In this document: positions 39,002 through 51,716 of the stretch, one piece after another
Numbering within the stretch: position 1 is the stretch's first letter
Layout: each line of letters opens with the position of its first letter
Source of the DNA: Amphiscolops sp. MND2022
Lineage: Eukaryota
Reading direction: 5' to 3'
Length of the DNA: 64,000 nucleotides
Assembly: GCA_964187785.1 (NCBI GenBank)
Contig: OZ076409.1
Location: 80,416,001-80,480,000 of the forward strand
Position numbers and translations under genes: made by a program
Notes under the pieces: model-generated
What the model was told of the DNA's origin: nothing
The model's database searches: none
Seen by the model: only the letters and a program-made list of their open reading frames with translations

Positions 39002-39391
39002 ACTACATTCCTCACACTGATCAGTCCACTTTTAGAAACAATCCTGAAACCACTCTTAAGGCCAAGGCAAACTTAGTCCAAAGGGTCCCCTCTTTAATTT
39101 TTTACTTACAAGAGAAACCTACAAAGTCGGACATGCCTAAAGGGTTCCACCTTTGGATTTTTTTGGCACTGTGCCACTTTTTTTCGAAAATTTTCTTATG
39201 ACCCCAAAGGGTCCCCCTTCAAGTTTTTTGAAATTTTGCAACAGAATGTATGTTAATAAATCCAAAAGGGTCCCCCTTTTTACATTTTTCGGCACTATGC
39301 GACATTTTTCGAAAGAAAAATATTTTCCAAAAAAATGTTTTGCGCTTTTAGAGCCTTAGATATAGCGCCGACTTTAGACGTGCTCGTCTTC
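39002..39391 (+). mobile_element. Family A Helentron-like element (5' end lost in gap)
   Basis: Internal repeats and 3' GCGCCGACTTTAGACGTGCTCGTCTT. Confidence 0.85.
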
Positions 39392-40065
39392 TTTGCTTTT
39401 TATCGATGATCAATGTCGGACTTTTAGCAACTACTTTTCTGCCGGGGGACAGACATCATTTTGCATGTCATTTATTTTCAAATTGTATGAAGTTTCTTGA
39501 AGTATTGAAATATTGAATTCAAATGTCAGAGTTAATGACGTCCGTCAAAAACTTATTGGATTCAGGAAATCTGTAAAATATCATTTCCTTTTTTTCATGT
39601 GACAAGCGTCAAAAACGGCTCGCAGAGCAGAACGAACACGTAAAGTGTCACCTCACTGAGGAACAAATGGTGTTAAATTATATTTGGTGTATTTCTAGCT
39701 GCTTATATTATTTTGATGTAATGAGCCATTAATTAATGCTTTTTAAAAGAAAATAGCAAAAAAAACATTTCTATCACTAAAGGGCGTAAATTTCATTTTT
39801 CCATGACTGAGTTTCTTCACAGTTGTTCTTTTACAAGAAAGATACCTACGTTTCCTTTGTTTTTCTATTTGCGGACATTTTCTTTTTCGCGTTTAGCTTT
39901 GAATATTGATTGGTTTGAAACCATTTTTTTTCAAAGGTCAAAATTTCTTTTCGCTTCCTTTCATTTTTTTAAAACAATTCATTCAGTATTTTTTAAATAT
40001 TACAAATTTGTAATGAAATTAAGTATTACAAATTGTTAATAAACTTGTGCAAACTTTTTAAAAAG

Positions 40066-41845
40066 TAGTGGTGCAACGAATGTTCGAACGTTCGAACGTT
40101 CGTTCGCTCACTCAACATTCGAATGTTTCCGCGAACATTCGTGCCGCACGTGTCGCGGCGAATAATAACAGATAATATATATGAAATGAAGCTCTCTGAT
40201 TGGTTAAAATTCATAAAATAACAGCAAGTTTACACAACTTATACTACTGTCACAACTAGTTGTTTACACAACTGTCAGTCGGTCCGATCCTACCATGCTC
40301 ATGCATACGGATACCAGTCAGTCCAATCCTACCCCCTAGCAGATTACATTGTCCGACAATACAAACATACAAATATCCGAATTCATCTTTCAGACAACAA
40401 TAACTACTGTATCAGATGTTTGGAAGCACTTCATCAAAAACCAAAAATTTGCAATTTGCAAGCATTGCGTCCCTCAGAAACAACTGTCGTATAAAGGAAC
40501 AACCTCCAATTTGAGAGAGCATTTACTTAGGGTTCACCCGGCGAAATATTCTTCCAAAGTGGACAATAAGCAATCCAAAATCGTCACTTTCAAAGTGAAG
40601 CCACCAAAAGAGTCAATGGAGTTATTATATGCATTCATTATTTGCGATCTTCATCCTTTCTCCGTCATTCGCGGTGACGGCTTCAAGAAATTAGTCGAAT
40701 CTCTATCTCCTGGCTTTACTATTCCTTCTCGTACAGCAATAACAAACTTCATGGAAACAAAATTTGAAGAAAAAAAGAATTCAATTATTGAATTGTTTCA
40801 AGCTATCGAATATTTTTCTATTACTGCGGATATTTGGACGTCTTTGGCCCATGATTCATTCTTAACGACAACTGTGCATTGGATTAAAACCTGGAAGCTG
40901 CAGTCCGTTGTCTTTCCACGGACAAATTTTCAATCGCCAAACGGGTGAAAATATTGCCAATAAAGTAATGGAAGAAATGAAGCGTTTTGGGTTAGATTTC
41001 AAAAAACTTGTTTGCTTTATTCACGACGGTGCCTCTAACAATTCTACAGCTGCGCATTATCTGAAGCAAAATTGCCAAATGCTCGAAAATTACAATTGTA
41101 TCAATGACCTATTGAATTTGATAATAAAAAACGCATTTGAAAGGGCACCAAATTCACTGAAGCTTTCGATTGAAATGGCTACGGCGGAATGCGAAATTCT
41201 TCGCGACGGTCTTCTCGAGAACCTCAGAGACCGTGTTCCTTTCTTAGTCACCTATGAATCAAACACCGCTATTGCTGCCTCCTATTTAGATCCAAGGTTC
41301 AAAAAACTGTCATTTCTACCAATTGAAGTTCGCAGAAGAGTGCGAGATTACATGAAAAGAATTACGCAAGAAGAAATTGACTTTGTCGTGGATGTACCAG
41401 AAGCATCCCATGAAAAAACAATGATTTTTTACAAGAAATTATGGATTCTAGCGGTCCACATGAAGACGAGTGTGACCAATATGAAACAGAGCAACCAAGT
41501 ACTGATTCAAAAGCCGACCCCTTATCTTTCTGGGCGATGAAAAGTGCAACTTATCCAAGATTGAGCCAACTCGCGAAAAAGATATATGCATTCCATCGTC
41601 AAGTACTCCTTCAGAGAGAGTTTTCAGTACAGCAGGAAATGTCATCTCAAAGAAGCGGGCCTCTCTGACCGGAGAACATGTCAATATGCAAATATTTTTG
41701 CATGAAACTTGGAACATTTCAAACTAATAAATGTTTCATTCCTTATATATTTTTTGATTTTGAAAAGAAGCCGAACGTTCGACGAATGTTCGAATTTTGC
41801 TAGCGAATGTTCGAATGGTAATTTTGAACGAATGTTGCACAACTA
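40066..41845 (+). mobile_element. hAT (Ac/ZBED-like) DNA transposon, internally deleted
   Basis: TIR TAGTGGTGCAAC / GTTGCACAACTA, perfect 8-bp TSD TTAAAAAG (40058-65, 41846-53), subterminal GTTCGAA repeats. Confidence 0.95.
40349..41729 (+). pseudogene. ZBED-like hAT transposase pseudogene
   Basis: BED finger (VWKHF...CKHC...TTSNLREHLLRVH), DLHPFS, TADIWTS, DGASN, LDPRFK, FW...YPRLSQLA and SERVFS spread over frameshifted ORFs. Confidence 0.92.
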
Positions 41846-43283
41846 TTAAAAAGTAGCATTTTCGATATTAATTAAGAGGGGGTTATATTGCTTTGAATTA
41901 CCTGCTGAATTGAAACCACCAATAATTTAGTCAATTGATTTATTTAAGAACAGTATTCGTAAAACACAAACACCTCACTTGCTTCATCACTGTAGATATA
42001 TCCACGTAATTCACAGCAATGATAAATCTGCGGTTTTCGTAACTGTCTGTATCTAAAGATCTATTTTCGCAAAAGAAAACAGTTGAGGATTTTTGGGATT
42101 ATTGCTAGAGCAGAATTGTGAAAAGACATTAAATAGAAAGATTAGATTTTGCTCACTCTCCAAAGGATAGCGTGATTAAAGGCATAAACTCTGAAATTGA
42201 ATCATGCTAATGAAAAATTCAAGTCAAGTTATAAACGAAACAAAGATGGCTCTAAAAGTTATAAAGCAGTTCACACTGTGATATCATTAACCCAAGAAAG
42301 ACCAGAAAATATTGACGGGGTGTGAAAAAGGTTGAATGATACTTTCGATAAAGTCAAGTAAGATACTAATGCAAAATAAGTAATCAATTGAAAGTTGTAA
42401 ATATCGAATCTTTAAAGCAATTGACTAATATTCGACCGCAACAAAAAACCATCACAGGTAATTATCTAATAACACATCTTAAACTTGCCACTCGACAAAA
42501 AGTTTCGCGGATTTTATGAGCCCGTCTTTGCAAGCGATGGTAAGCTGAAGAGTAGAAGCGACTTTATTATACTCTCACTTTTATGCGAAGAGAGTCATAT
42601 TTCAATTTCATGCCAAAAAGTCGAGCGAGTCAGCTCTGAGCTCCGATTATATCAGCTTTGCAAGATGAAAAATTTCAAGAATTTTGTAAAAAATCTTCAG
42701 CCTCTTGTTTTGTTCGAGAGAAAGAGATCAAATTAGTCAAGACTTTGACGCAAATATACAAAACAACGATAGGAATTTGGTATTACAATTACAAAAAATG
42801 TAAATATTGTAACCTGAAGCTGAAATGTTTGAAAACAAAAAATGTCAAGCGCCTCCAAAAATTGTTCCAGGGTCGAATACTAGACATTAAAATAGAAAGT
42901 TAGCTAGAGGTATCACAAACGACATTGCGACTTGGAAAATCAGTTCATTAAAAATATGCTTTCGCAAGGAGTGTGATAATTTTTCACCATAGTTAAATTT
43001 ATTTCATAATTATGAAATAAAGTTAACTTCTAAGACATGAGATTTGTTTCCGAGCATCACGTGATTGAAAAAGTTTTATAGATGAAGCTTCTTCTGAAAG
43101 TTTAAAAAAAAAACATTTTCCAGTATTAGGCCATTTTAATCTAAATTGGGACGGAAAAGATTTCAATGGAATTGTCGAATACTTAATTGAATAAGTATCG
43201 GGATCTTGGAAACTTTATAGCAAACTATTCTTTTTTACCGTTCACAACATTTATTTCATAAACATTGAAACTGTTTCACTAAC

Positions 43284-43982
43284 GCAAGCAGAGTATCGAT
43301 AAACGCTGTTCCTGTTGGCTATGGCGTTGTTGTTGTTTGCAATCGAATTCCTCATCTGAGCTGACCCCATAACGTCTAGAATTTTCCCATCTTCGACATT
43401 GGGAGACTTTTGCATGACAGCACTCGCCATCGGGTCTAACATACCATCCATGGTTAAGGCAAGATGGTTTTCTTGCATGGTATTACTAGCTGGTATTAAA
43501 CAGTTTTGTTGCTGCTTCAAACTCTGATATTGGTTTTTAATTTGGGACGCTGATGATGATGATGATGATGTATTAGTTTTTGGATTTGAATGGTTCTGGT
43601 TTTCGTGCTGGTAAAATTGGCTGACTCCGGCGCCACTGGCTCCAAAAGTGTGAGAAGTAGTAACAAATGTTTGAGTCGAAGGGGGATTTACAAAATAGTC
43701 TTGTTGTCGGGAGTAAGACACAGATGAAAAAAGCGGAGTTGCAGAATTTGTTGACGGATTGGTTGAATTGTAGGGAAAAGAATTTTGAGGAGAGGAATGG
43801 TAGTTGCAGTTGTGGGGAGTGGAGGAGGGGAAACGGGACTTGACATGGGACTGGGGGGAATTCGGTTGGTGCTGGTGGTGGAATTCCGAGTAGTTTTGAA
43901 CAGATGACGATTTTGTCAACTTATGTGCAACTTGCGATGGTGTACATGTATATGTACTATTCCTATTATGTGCATTATACAT
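43284..43982 (-). CDS. Large Ser/Asn/Gln/His-rich exon, probably the disordered N-terminus of a host protein
   Basis: 243-codon ORF; acceptor TTTCACTTACAG 8 nt before the ATG; candidate donor GTTAGT at 43283 (otherwise stop at 43251). Confidence 0.65.
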
Positions 43983-46900
43983 TGTGGCTCCTGTAAGTGA
44001 AACTGGAAACGTTTGGTAAAGAATTTGTTAATATTTACCACTATTTATTATTTTAAGTTATAATGAATATCCTCCGTTATAAGTGAAGCTACTCGAACAG
44101 AACAAAATGTCTGACTTTGCGAACGATCCGCGCGGTTTTTTGGCGGTTAAACTCGGTAGGTGCTTCCCACAAGTGCGAAAGTTTTGGATGCTACAGATGG
44201 CAGAGGTTGAACTTTTAGCACAACAAGGGATGGTAAGTGTACGATGATCGCTTGACCGGAGGATTAAACTCAGTGGAGCTGAACTTTTAAACAGTTGTGC
44301 TCCGTCGTTATCTATTGAAATACCAGTTGGTTGTTGAACTAATTGAGCGATGTGTTTGCACAGGACATCCAGATACTGGTACTAATAATATTGCACCAAA
44401 ACTGTTGGTGTATATTTATAAACAAACTAGTGTCAGTTCAATTATAACTTAGGATTGGGAATTTTAGAAGGGGTAGTGGAAAGCTCAGCCAGTCTTTGAA
44501 TGAATAGAATAAACATAACGTATGAAAGTATATAAAATTCTGCGGTTATTTTTTCAGTTAGGGTGTGCCCTATTTTTATTTCCAGGGACTAGAGGCCTTT
44601 ATTTTCACTGCTGAACAGTAACGACAATGAGTGAATGAAATTCATAGAAGGCTGGTTTTGATTTAGGGCCGCGCGAATGTTGGTAAAGGGTGGAAACATA
44701 GTATGGTGTCATATGATAGTATGAGTAAATGTCGTTGCTATGGAAGAAAAACGCCGATGGCATTTTGTGATTAATCATCACGAGATGTGTGATATGAAGA
44801 AGAGACACCGTAAAATGCGAGTAGAACAACTAGCTTCGTTTGCCTCGGGAGAGAAAGAGCGAGAAGCGAGATTTACACACAAATAGAAGCAGTGCTTACT
44901 CCTTTTACTCCATCCTGTAGTAGGTATGCAGCTATTGAAAGGGGAAATGACCAACTTAGAATAATGATTACACGACCATGGTAAGTACTGTTCCAAAATA
45001 TGTAGTTAAACAATAATTGCAAATATTTGATTTTGCCTTTGCCGCTGGGAAAAATTGTGCATTGTTGTACGATGTTATGAGTAATGATGTAATTGATGGA
45101 GTGGTGGGGATAACGGATGACTCATCGTACGTGTGAAGAAGGAAATTAGAGCAATTCGTTCACTTCACTTCCAGTCAACGACGACTTAAATGCCGATTCC
45201 CTGCTGCAGAGAAGAAGGAAGCAAATGCAGAATTGGAGAAGAGGAGAAAAAGGGACATCCGTCCCCTCAGCAGAATTAAGGCGGGAAGCCAAAGCACTGG
45301 GAATAAGTACATTACTGGCTATTGCTTCCATGAGCTTCCACCTTAAAAACTCTTTTGCGTATATGTATTTTACTAAAAACGTCACCAAAATTAGAGAAAA
45401 CGTCATTTTTTTCTTGATAATGGTTATAATAGTCTAAACAGTGTAATGACTAACTTTGTTTTCAGCTGACTTTCTTGCGAATTATGAAGGCTTCTGACAA
45501 TATTGAAAAAATTCAGACATTTTGGCTATAGTAACAGGTCATAGTTTCCTTCACATAATCAGAAGAAGCCGTGGATATAATGGACGAACTAAGAAGTCGG
45601 AAGGATTGTCCTGTCAGCCAGGGATTGTGATAAGTTAGTTCCACCCCTACCCAAAATCTACATTTTTGAGCACATCCCCACTTCTTATTTCCCAGCCATT
45701 GTTCTTATAATTGAATCAACTGCGCCCCAACCAGGAGCCGGTTTTATTCGGAAAAGGTCTGGATTTTCATATTTGCGATAGAATTAGCTACCGATGCTGA
45801 AAATGTAGGGATTAGAATTACAAAAAAATAACCTAAGGCATTTATTTATTTTTCTTTGCCCGCTTATTTTTTTAACATGAAATTTATAGGAAATGATTCG
45901 CTGTTTTTATGCGAGCGAGTACATTTTTCTATCGACTTTTTTATCCCCGGGCAGTCTGTTTTTAAAAAAGAGCAGTAAAAAGTTCACCGCGAAGAGGCAC
46001 CTCAAAATTGATTTTCAAGTTGCTGCTCAATTAGTTCAACAAACTTGTCTTGAGTTTTTTTATTGCTTTCAGTGTAAAAGTGACAATAGAGTTATTGCCG
46101 CGGACTCAATTAATTTCCAAGTACCATCCATCACTGATTGCGTGACTCACCACTCTGGGAAGGCGTGATCGAAAATAGGTGTTATCTGAAGTTCACGCCC
46201 TGTGAAAATGTCACGTGGAGATTCCCTCCTCCTACAATTGTTACTCATTCTGCAGCAATCAGACCGCCTGTAATTTGGGAAAAGAACAATGACCTCTGGG
46301 ATTAGAAACTGCTTATTAAAATTGTGAGCCATTGGAAACGGGATACTTTTTCTATCTTGTAGGGTTTAACAATCATCGATGAAAAATATTTATTTTATCG
46401 TATAATTACACTCTGTATATTTTGCAGTGTCACCAGACCTCCCTAATCACAAAATACCCGATTGATCGATTGGCTAATTAGGTACTTCAGTTCATTTGCT
46501 TACAGTCGTGGGTTCGAATCTTGACTATCACCTGCATTTTACGGTGATAATCAATATATCATGCTATCGACCCATTATGAGAAGTAATTTTTATGTACTA
46601 ACAGGGACCACTAGTTGAAAAATTTTTTACGACAAAGAGGCTACCGTTCAAGACGCGCTACTTCGGAAAATTAGTAGCAACTAACAACTCATCTCACAGC
46701 CTAAGCCTTTATAGTTTGAAGCGTACTCGCATGAAGCAGTTTTGTTATTTTCCGTCCTATTTCATATCGGAAAGAAAAATATTTTAATCACCCGCGTTTT
46801 TTTAAACAAAATTTGCCATGTTCCAAAATTATTCTCAAGTTAAAAGGTTTTGACCCATAGGACTCAACTGACCTAAATTTAGTATCATGCGAAATGTATT

Positions 46901-46983
46901 TGCAGAGATTTTTTGGACGTATTTGGCTGACCACAGAGACACCAGAATGACCCAAAAATGAAAAATGCCGCAAAAGTTTCAAA

Positions 46984-47384
46984 TTTTTAGTCGGTGCTTT
47001 TCATAGAAAACGCAGACTATAGCAGTGACTTATATTTCTTTTTAGTCAGCGCTTTTCGCAGAAAAACGCAGACTATAGTAGTGACTTTTTTTCAAGACCA
47101 ACGAAGTGACAGATTTTATAAGCTTTATTAGCTGACTTGTATTAACACTAACTGCCACACTATTTCTACTGGCACATGAGATAGAGGTTACTCAGGTTTT
47201 TTTTGAGGTCCCTTTTACATTTTTTGACCAAAAAATATTTAAAAATTTTCGAGAAAAAAGTTCGGAATTTTTTCAATTTTTTCCTCGTGCAGGTACTGTA
47301 GAAGAAAATACTTGACACTTTGAAGTCCTTTTGCTATTTTTGAGCCTTAGATATGGCGCCGACTTGGACCGTTCCCGGCTTGTT
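46984..47384 (+). mobile_element. Family A Helentron-like element with duplicated 5' end
   Basis: 5' modules at ~46986 and ~47041; 3' GCGCCGACTTGGACCGTTCCCGGCTTGTT; body closely similar to 23382-23744. Confidence 0.85.
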
Positions 47385-49166
47385 TCAGTTTTCAAATACT
47401 AAGAAATTTTTGTCAAATTTTTGAGAGACTTCGTGGCTGAGACCGCTAAAAACTTTCAAACAGGAAAAAATTTGTTGTCCAAGAGGCATCTTCGAAGAAA
47501 TAAATGCAATGTTTAAGGGAAAAAATCCCTTAATTAAGACCGGAATCGACAAAAGCTCCAAAAATTTCAGACTTTTACTGTTTTTATGCAAACTTTAACA
47601 TAGTTTTGAGAGATTCGTGGCATAAAAAATAAAAAAGTTTCAAACGTTCAAAGAGGAAAAGATCATTGTCCAAGAAGCTTTGAAAAAATAAATGCAATTG
47701 TTAAATCAAAGAATGGCTCAAGTTCAAACCGGAATGGACATTAATTCCCAAATGTTACTTTTTTTTCACATTTTATTGAAATTTTCGTGGATCTGAAGGT
47801 TGAAAACGTTCAAAAACGAATGAATTTGTTGTCCAAAAGGGTGTTCAGGGAGATAAATGTTTTTGCTAAAGAACATGTCACAAAATGACCCCAAAAGTGT
47901 CAAAAAGCCAAAAAATTTAAAATTTTGTTTCAGAATTTCTGGTAAAATTTTTTTAAAAAATATGGGTTGAAATTCCAAATTCGTTCAACAACATTTGAAC
48001 ACGTTGACCAGTAGGTTTTTGCCAAAACAAATGCAGTTTTCTGATAGAAATGAGCCCTTATTTGACATCCAAACAGTCGTGAAACTTGGAAACTTCCAGT
48101 TTCTGAAGCTCTACAGGCTATTTGAATTGCCAGTTTGAAGTTTTTTGTAAGTTAAAAGGTTCATAACATCCCAAAACGAACAGCGAATTTGTCATATAGA
48201 CTCTTTTTTTGATTTAATAAAGGCTGTGGTTTACATCAAAAACGCTACAAAACAATCCCATTGAGTCATAATCGAAAAAAACGTTCCAAGGAAAACTTTA
48301 TGGAATTTTTGAAGCGTTTCGAAAGCCTAAAAACGTTCAAATCATCAACAACATTGCATTTGATATCCAATTGGCTTTTGCGGAGGTATCTCCGGTTTGT
48401 GTTGAACAATGACTCAAATTAACGCCAAAAATGAAAACGTTGAATTTCGTCAATTTTCGAGAATTTTAGTTTTTTTTTGGTGGAACTTTTCGTCAGTTAG
48501 ACGGTCCAAAAGCTCCAGACGATTTAGCAAGCAAGGCAGTAAGCCCTTGAAGAAGAACTTTGTAGTTTTGCTGGTAAAATATCATCTCAGACTGTGATGC
48601 ACAAAATTTCACCAGCGAACGAACACGTTTTCCGTAAGCTTTTTGAAGGTCAATTGCAGTTTCGCGTGAGAAAAGAGGCTCAAAATGACCTCAACGTAGT
48701 AAAAAAACCACGTTCGACAGATTTTGACAGTTAAGAGACTTTTCAATAAAACTACCGAACTTCCGTATTTGAGTAGTTTCAAAAACTGTTGACATTTCAA
48801 TTAGGCAGCCAGTACGTTTAAAAACAACAATTTGCAGTTTTTTACGTGAATAAGTTCGTCAGAGTGACTTGAAACTTTTGAAAAATCTAAAACATCCGTG
48901 TGAAATATTTTTTGAATTTACCTTTCGAGAGTTTTTGTTAGTTAGAAAGGAGTAGAAATGACTGAACCCGGTATCCAGTAGGCGTTTTTAAAAAGACATC
49001 TGCAGTTTTTTAGGAAAGTGCTTCGAAATGATCGCAAAGTTGTGGAAGAATCTAAGTTGTCCACCGTTGGTTGTTTTTAGTGACTTTTCGTGCTAAACCA
49101 TAAGAAGTCTATAGAGTGTATTTAATAAATCAAGCGTTGATTGTTCATTTTTCAAATCGGGCTTTA

Positions 49167-49605
49167 AACAAGCCGGGAGCGGCCCAAGTTGGTGCCATAT
49201 CTAAGACTCAAAAATAGCAAAAGGACTTCAACATATCAAAGTATTCTCTTCTACAGCACCAGAAGAAATTCTTTGAAAAAAGTCTCACAATGCCGAAAAA
49301 ATGAAAGGGATTTTTCAACATCCATTTTGTCGCAAAACGCAAAAAACAATAAAAGGGGACCCTTTGAGGAAATAAATTTTCCGAGAAAACAAGTCTGGCA
49401 ATGTCGAAAAAAAACTGAAAGGGGAGTATTGTAGGTTACGCGGGAAACCTCTTTGGTTCAGTTCCCTGGGCCAACAGGGGAAATTTAAAATTTTGTAGAA
49501 CTTTTGGTAGAACTATTTTGGTCACTTCAGGTGTATCGAAAAAACACTGACGAAAAGCCATGACTATAGTCGACTCTTTTCTCTAGAAGAGCGCCGACCA
49601 AAAAA
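49167..49605 (-). mobile_element. Family A Helentron-like element
   Basis: AACAAGCCGGGAGCGGCC at left; AGTCGAC...GCGCCGACCAAAAAA at right. Confidence 0.85.
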
Positions 49606-49915
49606 TGGGTTAGTTAGGTTATGGTATCCACACAGACCGACTACAAAACAGATAAGTATTTAGTTTTTCTTGAAGTGTTTCTTTTTGAAATGGGATGACA
49701 TTGAACTTTTTTCAACAAGTTTCTATGCGTTTTCATGGGGCTTTAGCTCCTCTTGAGCCTCAAATTTATTTCGTTGCTAGACCAGTTTGGACGGAAAATG
49801 TGCTACTTGTCAGCGGGCGTCTTGTTATTGTTGTATTCTGGCAACCTAAGTTTTAGTTAGAAGATTACAAGACAATAGAATTTGTCAAGCTGGAGCAACT
49901 GTTGATTGAACGTAA

Positions 49916-50155
49916 CTACCTAGCAAGCAGTCTCGTGCTCTTCTGTCTAATGGTAGATTCAACAAGCCGACCAAAGCCAATCGGTAAGTATAGGTTCTTG
50001 AAAGCACCAGTCTGCTGATATGGTTGTAAAAGTTCATTGGATAACTCGACTGCAGATTTTTGTCCGGAGATCATGGAGGGGTCCACTGGTGCTCCGGACC
50101 CATCTTGAACAGCATATGCGTAGCACGTATCGGTATTGGCCACAACATTTTCCAA
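49916..50155 (-). CDS. Isolated coding-like segment, possible vWA/copine-like fragment
   Basis: AYAVQDGSG (DxSx-like) and ELLQPY...LPIGFG (cf. copine EIIQDY...PALGFG); lies between two transposons. Confidence 0.25.
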   Translation of the reverse strand: MENVVANTDTCYAYAVQDGSGAPVDPSMISGQKSAVELSNELLQPYQQTGAFKNLYLPIGFGRLVESTIRQKSTRLLAR

Positions 50156-50224
50156 TTTTATTCATTCATTACACTTTTTGTCACCACCGAGAAAATTGCG
50201 AACATTTTTCTCTGTTCCCTTTTG

Positions 50225-50657
50225 AAAAATAGGCCCCTGCGGGGCACAGTATTATTTTTGCTTTTCGGCTTTCATATTCAATAATAGAAGCATATCTTAA
50301 TCTTTTATATAGCGCAACTAATCACTATACCAGTTTACACCGCCTTTGATTCTTCTCTAACTAAAGAAATTATAACTACTAAGCGTAGACGAAGTTTTGC
50401 ATTCGCATTTGAATGTAGGCAAAGCTCTCGGCGAACAAATAATGAACATTCGTTCGCTTCATCTCAATCACTTGACGTACGAATGCATAATTCACACTCG
50501 CTCGTTCCATCGCACGAGAAACGAATTGTTGACAGCAGCTTGAAAAAGTTAGGTCTCCCTCTTATACCCACCGCCGAACAAAATATCTAAATTTTTCAAT
50601 AGGTACTCGATATCACGACAAGAATGGTACTGAAAAAAGTTGAATTCTTGAAATTTC
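50225..50657 (-). mobile_element. Family B Helentron-like element
   Basis: AAAAATAGGCCCC-TGC-GGGGC hairpin + CAGTA at left; GTACTGAAAAAA at right; colinear with 62170-62598. Confidence 0.7.
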
Positions 50658-50954
50658 AATAATATTGCTGATATCGCAGAACTAATAAGAAAAATTCAAA
50701 GAGCACTTTTTGCAGTAGTCAATGTCATGATGGTATCGAGTTTTTTAACCACTAGATCGTTTATTTAACCACATCGGTAGCGAAATGTCATTTATGTAAC
50801 TCTGTAGTGATTTTAAGTGCTTCGCTCTACAGAAGTATTTGAAGTTCATTCCAGTGAGTCGGTACTGATTGTTCTGAGGACTCCGTTGATGTTGTTGTGT
50901 TTTTGGGAAAAATACTAGCGTTTCTCAGGTTCGATCTTTTGTGAATGATGTAAA

Positions 50955-51392
50955 AACAAGCCAGGAACGGCCTAAGCAGGCGCCATATCTAAAGCTCAAA
51001 AATAGGAAAAGTACTTCAAAGTCACCCGAAAGGACTTGAAAGTCACCCGAAAAATCCAAACGATCGACCGAATTGACATTTGGGGTTTTTCAACGGCCAT
51101 TCTGTCGCAAAATATCAAAAAATTCTAGAGGGACCCTTTTTGGAAAAAAAAGTCAAAAAAAGTCTCACAATGCCGAAAAAACTAGAAAGGGGACCCTTTA
51201 GTCTCGCCCGGTATTGTATGTTGCGCTGAAAAAAGGAACAACTTTTACATTTCAGTTCCTTGTGCCAAATGGTTCAATATGGAACCTTAAAGTTTCGCAG
51301 AATTTTGTAGAACTATTTTGGTTTGTTCGAGTGGATTGAAACAAAAAGTCACTATTATAGTCGCGTTTCACTTCATGAAGCGCCGCCTAATA
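50955..51392 (-). mobile_element. Family A Helentron-like element
   Basis: AACAAGCCAGGAACGGCC at left; CTTCATGAAGCGCCGCCTAA at right; same subtype as 13260-13729. Confidence 0.85.
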
Positions 51393-51394
51393 AC

Positions 51395-51525
51395 TGCCTG
51401 TTGTGAACAAGACGCCCGCTATACACCGGGATTTTTTCCGCCAAAAATTTCACGCTTCAGCCCGGGTTCGAACGCATGACCTCGTGCCTGGCAGGCAGAC
51501 GCACTACAACTGCGCCATGGCGCTA
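51395..51525 (-). mobile_element. tRNA-derived SINE-like element
   Basis: Minus strand A-box TGGCGCAGTTGTAG, anticodon-arm-like TGCCTGCCAGGCA, B-box GTTCGAACC. Confidence 0.6.
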
Positions 51526-51716
51526 TTCTAGGCACTTGACTATTTAGTTACTAGTTAGTTAAATAGTCAAGTAATTTGAAGTAGTCAAGTAACTAAGTCA
51601 AGCGGAGTGGAGATGAAGTGGAGTTTTGACAGAATTTGGAGAAAATGCAATACAGATCATAATTTCCTACCCCAACACAATAAATAGTGGGAGAGGAAAA
51701 CAACAACTCGGTATTA

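Noticed and set aside
38609..39201. ORFs of 93-155 aa
   Set aside because: Artefacts of reading through the N gap.
44059..44380. ~105-codon ATG-less open frame on the minus strand
   Set aside because: No start codon or clear splice connection and no motif; most likely 5'UTR or intron of the 43-kb exon's gene.
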